A stretch of DNA of 64,000 nucleotides, from contig OZ242214.1 of the NCBI GenBank assembly GCA_965206595.1, forward strand, positions 608,001-672,000, read 5' to 3'. Within the stretch, counting starts at the first letter, position 1. Each line of letters begins with the position of its first letter. The notes beneath the pieces are model-generated. The model was not told where the DNA came from and did not search any database. It saw nothing but the letters and a program-made list of their open reading frames with translations. Positions 60,832 to 64,000 of the stretch are shown piece after piece. The translations under genes and the position numbers were made by a program. Source of the stretch: Candidatus Latescibacterota bacterium. Lineage in GTDB: Bacteria > Latescibacterota > UBA2968 > UBA8231.

Positions 60832-61284
60832 TCACCGAAAGAAGGCGTAGGCGGCAAGACCAAAAAAGAGCAGGAAAAAGATGCATGGCAGGCCGACCTC
60901 GACGTTCGTCAGCTTCCAATAGCGGCTTCGTTCCTTGCCCTCGGCAAGCAGTTCCCATTCGCGCTTGAAGAAAGGGTAAGCCAGCTTCTCTTCGAGTTCG
61001 TGCAGGGCCTTGAACTTCCCTGAATTGAGCTGCCGGTAGGAACGGATCACGATATACCAGGAGACGGACAGCAACGAACCGATGGCTCCGGCTGTGAACA
61101 GAATGATCCCCACGGGGACGCAACCCACCCCGAACCTGAGCAAAGCGCCGAGAAACACCATCAGGCCGACGAGCAGGCTGACGTACAAGCGATTCGCTCC
61201 TTCCCGCCGTTGACTCACTTTATCGGCGAGTTCGGCGTGGAGCTTGTATATCTCCAGAAGCTCTGTTTGTCTTGGGTTCGTCAT
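60832..61284 (-). CDS. RipA/SLATT-like small membrane protein
   Basis: YKL..ELADKVSQRREGAN; two to three TM helices; W...IRSYRQLNSGKF...ELEEKL. Confidence 0.7.
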   Translation of the reverse strand: MTNPRQTELLEIYKLHAELADKVSQRREGANRLYVSLLVGLMVFLGALLRFGVGCVPVGIILFTAGAIGSLLSVSWYIVIRSYRQLNSGKFKALHELEEKLAYPFFKREWELLAEGKERSRYWKLTNVEVGLPCIFFLLFFGLAAYAFFR

Positions 61285-61697
61285 CACGCCAGCTCCCTGA
61301 TAGGGCCTACGATGCTGTCGGTGTTCCATCCGACGATGCTGTCAGCCGCTTGTTTAACACGCACAGAGATTTTCTCGCTTCCCCATGGTTCGACTGCGAC
61401 TATCGGCTTTGATGGATCGAACGACTCCACTGCCAAGTCTATTTCCTTGTCTATCCACTTACTGTACGTAGCATAGACTCCGGCCATAATGAGCACAACG
61501 CTGCCGAAGGCCATTTTTGCTCGAATCGCCTCCCGCAACTTCGCATCTGTTCCTGCATGATAAATTGGATCATCTCGGGGTACCGAGTAGTCGGCAAACT
61601 TGAAGTAGCTCTTCGCTCGCAGGAGATTGACGAGCTTGTCGTCGTATGCATCCGAATAACTCCACGAATGGCTGATGAACAAGTGATATGGCTTCAT
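61284..61697 (-). CDS. TIR-like (MTH538/DUF1863, ThsB-like) protein
   Basis: LFISHSW, DYSVP, SKWIDKEI (putative catalytic Glu), KPIVAV. Confidence 0.85.
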   Translation of the reverse strand: MKPYHLFISHSWSYSDAYDDKLVNLLRAKSYFKFADYSVPRDDPIYHAGTDAKLREAIRAKMAFGSVVLIMAGVYATYSKWIDKEIDLAVESFDPSKPIVAVEPWGSEKISVRVKQAADSIVGWNTDSIVGPIRELA

Positions 61698-61788
61698 GTC
61701 TTCATGGCTTCTTCCTTCGTTGATAGTCCCGAGGCTGCTAAACAGGACACCGTCGAGCCATTGCACGGACTCAGCATCAATGGGCGTG

Positions 61789-63984
61789 CTAAGCCTCTTC
61801 TTTCAGGATAGATCTGAGACGGGCAGCATCAACGATTCTACCGCATCGATCGAACGCCTTTAGCAGTAAGGGATGGACTCGGCGGCGTGTCTCTGAAGAC
61901 GAGTGAGTTTCCAACGGTGCTAAAATTTCAATTATGCGCTGATACGAACCCTTTCTTTCTAGAGCACGGGCAAGTGCAACGCAACATATTGGGTCATTGG
62001 GTTCCTCTTCGCGCGCTTGCTCGAACTTTTCGATGGCTCGATCAGTCGCATCGGGCTCGCCAGAGTCCCGCAGAAGCATGCCAAATTCCCGGCAGATGAG
62101 GGCTCGTTCATGGCCTCGGCTAGGAGCATTAGCAAAAGCACGCTCATAGAGGATCAATGCGCTTGCTTTGTTGTTCCTCTCATGTCGTTCGAATTCGCCA
62201 AACTCGCGCGCAGCTCTCCAGCTTCTCGGGTTCCTTTGCAAAGCCTGCTCGAACATCCGATCGGCCGCATCAAAGTCCCCTCGATGTCTTGCCGCCTTCG
62301 CGAGATCTACGAGCGACTCCTCACTAGAGCCGCGTCCGTGCCGAATCTCTCGAACAACCTGACGTTCCTGAGGATTCCTTATATCCGTTGCTTCATACCA
62401 ATCAGACAGCTTGCGGCGAATCTGTGGTTCGAGTTCCCTCTCTTTGATGACTTCGGAATATGCGAATGATCGAACAATAGGGAGTAAGGTGTAACAGTAA
62501 TCATTGAAATCGGGGTCGAAAAGCCGCTGTATCAGGGCGTCTGATATAAGGTCTTCAGTTGCATCCATGACGGTATGATGAGGATAGGAGCAGCCGATCT
62601 GAAGTGCCTCTGCCGAAATTGGCCGCTGAAAGAGAGAAAGCACTTGTAGAATTCGTCTCTCGTAGCCTGACATGTCATCAAATACTCGCCTGAAGCAGAA
62701 TTCAAGCAACTCCTCTCCTTTAGGACGTCTAAGTCTTTGAGTGATTTCGTCAGATTGACGCACCGCGTCCGCGGCCGACTTGAAATGAGTGAGAGACCAG
62801 CGAATCGCTAAGGGAATTCCATCGCAGGCACTTCCGATCACCTCTGCTTCCGAATTAGACAGTTCACCGATGTAGCTGAGTCCATTCTCATTGGCGAGAG
62901 ATTTTATGAAGGTGCGCGCCTCCTTGTCGGTCAAGGGTCCCAAATCAACGGGATGGACAGACACTCGTATTGTACTGCGCCTTGAAGTCGTGATCGCCCT
63001 TACGCCAACGGGTAGATTGTCGAGAAACCGCACGAGTCGCGGATCGTCGACCGTTTCGAGATTGTCGACGTAGAGAAGGCCATTGCTGTTCGTGAGAACT
63101 TCACGGGCAAGTACTTCCTTTTCGCTTGAATTAGCCGTCTTTAATTCTGGCAAGTCGAGAACCTCACTGATGGCCTGTAGGAGTCCTTCGAAGCTTGTGA
63201 TGCCCTGGCTCAAGGCTCGTATCCCCGATGATGTCAGCTCGCGATCCTTGGCAGTGACCGATATGATGAAATCAAATTGATTCTTGCTGTACGCCCGCAT
63301 GACCGCCCAAGTGGCGAGAGCAGTTTTCCCAGCACCTCCAATGCCAACAATCGCGGTCACCGCGGTTCGGGGATCTGAGAGCGCCGTCATGACGGCTCGG
63401 CAGGGTTCTTTTCTCTCTACAAAAACCTTGTACTCTGGTGCAAGGATGCGAAAGAACGGAACATCAACCTCATAGACTCGTCCGAGAGTGGGTGCAGATA
63501 GATTCCTTGAACTCTCAGCTGTTTCTTGCGGGTCGAGGACTTTGCTCTCGTCCCCGTCCCTGATTGCCGAATACCCCTTCCGGAAGCGGCACTTGCCATC
63601 GGTCTCTGGGGCGTCACCAGAGAATCTTACAAGAACGGGCCCCCTTGGAGGTATCACCGCGAGACCGAGGTATCTTTGATCTGCTTGGATGAAGTGGCGG
63701 TGGTATTCGACCCAGACTCGATCGCCGAGGAACCGACGCAGTTGATCATTGACCAGCTTGCTATCCAGCCGCCTACTGCAACCATGGAAGGTGAAATCAG
63801 TATCGCTTACCCCGAAAATTAAAACACCACCTTGCTTGTTGTGGAAGGCCAGTACGTCCACGGCCACCTCCGCCCACGCGTTGTGATTATGCTTCCCACG
63901 ATGCGGGCAATCGGCTTTGTAGTCCCAAAGGTCTGACTCAGTCCGGAAACCATGACGGACTACAGGCGGATTCCCTTCAAACAT
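61789..63984 (-). CDS. AlbA_2/Schlafen - NB-ARC (STAND) - TPR protein; possibly 5'-partial
   Basis: E..WDYK, AFHNKQGGVLIFGV; GIGGAGKT; LYVDNLE; ITTSR; GIPLAI; C-terminal TPRs. Confidence 0.82.
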   Translation of the reverse strand: MFEGNPPVVRHGFRTESDLWDYKADCPHRGKHNHNAWAEVAVDVLAFHNKQGGVLIFGVSDTDFTFHGCSRRLDSKLVNDQLRRFLGDRVWVEYHRHFIQADQRYLGLAVIPPRGPVLVRFSGDAPETDGKCRFRKGYSAIRDGDESKVLDPQETAESSRNLSAPTLGRVYEVDVPFFRILAPEYKVFVERKEPCRAVMTALSDPRTAVTAIVGIGGAGKTALATWAVMRAYSKNQFDFIISVTAKDRELTSSGIRALSQGITSFEGLLQAISEVLDLPELKTANSSEKEVLAREVLTNSNGLLYVDNLETVDDPRLVRFLDNLPVGVRAITTSRRSTIRVSVHPVDLGPLTDKEARTFIKSLANENGLSYIGELSNSEAEVIGSACDGIPLAIRWSLTHFKSAADAVRQSDEITQRLRRPKGEELLEFCFRRVFDDMSGYERRILQVLSLFQRPISAEALQIGCSYPHHTVMDATEDLISDALIQRLFDPDFNDYCYTLLPIVRSFAYSEVIKERELEPQIRRKLSDWYEATDIRNPQERQVVREIRHGRGSSEESLVDLAKAARHRGDFDAADRMFEQALQRNPRSWRAAREFGEFERHERNNKASALILYERAFANAPSRGHERALICREFGMLLRDSGEPDATDRAIEKFEQAREEEPNDPICCVALARALERKGSYQRIIEILAPLETHSSSETRRRVHPLLLKAFDRCGRIVDAARLRSILKEEA

Positions 63985-64000
63985 CAGGGCTGAGACGCTC

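Noticed and set aside
61284-61697. Canonical Thoeris system
   Set aside because: No ThsA (SIR2-SLOG or TM-Macro) in the window; reported instead as part of the triad
34827-64000. Prophage, ICE or IS element
   Set aside because: No integrase, transposase, conjugation or virion genes are visible in the window

Overview
GC-rich bacterial DNA with two halves. 1-34.7 kb: housekeeping and catabolic genes (TolB/beta-barrel OMP, OSGIN-like flavoprotein, amidohydrolase, sugar oxidoreductases and epimerases, three PhyH dioxygenases, sugar ABC solute-binding protein, beta-helix protein, YhdH, aldo-keto reductase, MlrC, kbl, enolase-superfamily enzyme). Small accessory cassettes interrupt them (hicAB, UPF0175/DUF3368, orphan brnA, Rpn C-terminal fragment, PD-(D/E)xK-like genes), and several sit next to duplicated, synonymously diverged 3' ends of the neighbouring gene. 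34.8-64 kb: a minus-strand defence island. It holds a STAND/NACHT protein with a C-terminal nuclease-like domain, a frameshifted AAA_14/DUF4143 gene, a type ISP-like R-M fusion, and a BREX-like locus (pglX-like, pglZ, brxL; brxC is not in the window). The BREX locus is interleaved with a PHP-ABC ATPase, AlbA_2/Schlafen proteins and KTSC, and preceded by a Schlafen-NB-ARC-TPR / TIR / RipA-like membrane protein triad, which is the best candidate for an undescribed system. The gene repertoire suggests a Latescibacterota-like, possibly sponge-associated bacterium (inference). All family calls come from motif recognition by eye; no searches were run. No rRNA, tRNA, CRISPR array or integrase was seen.
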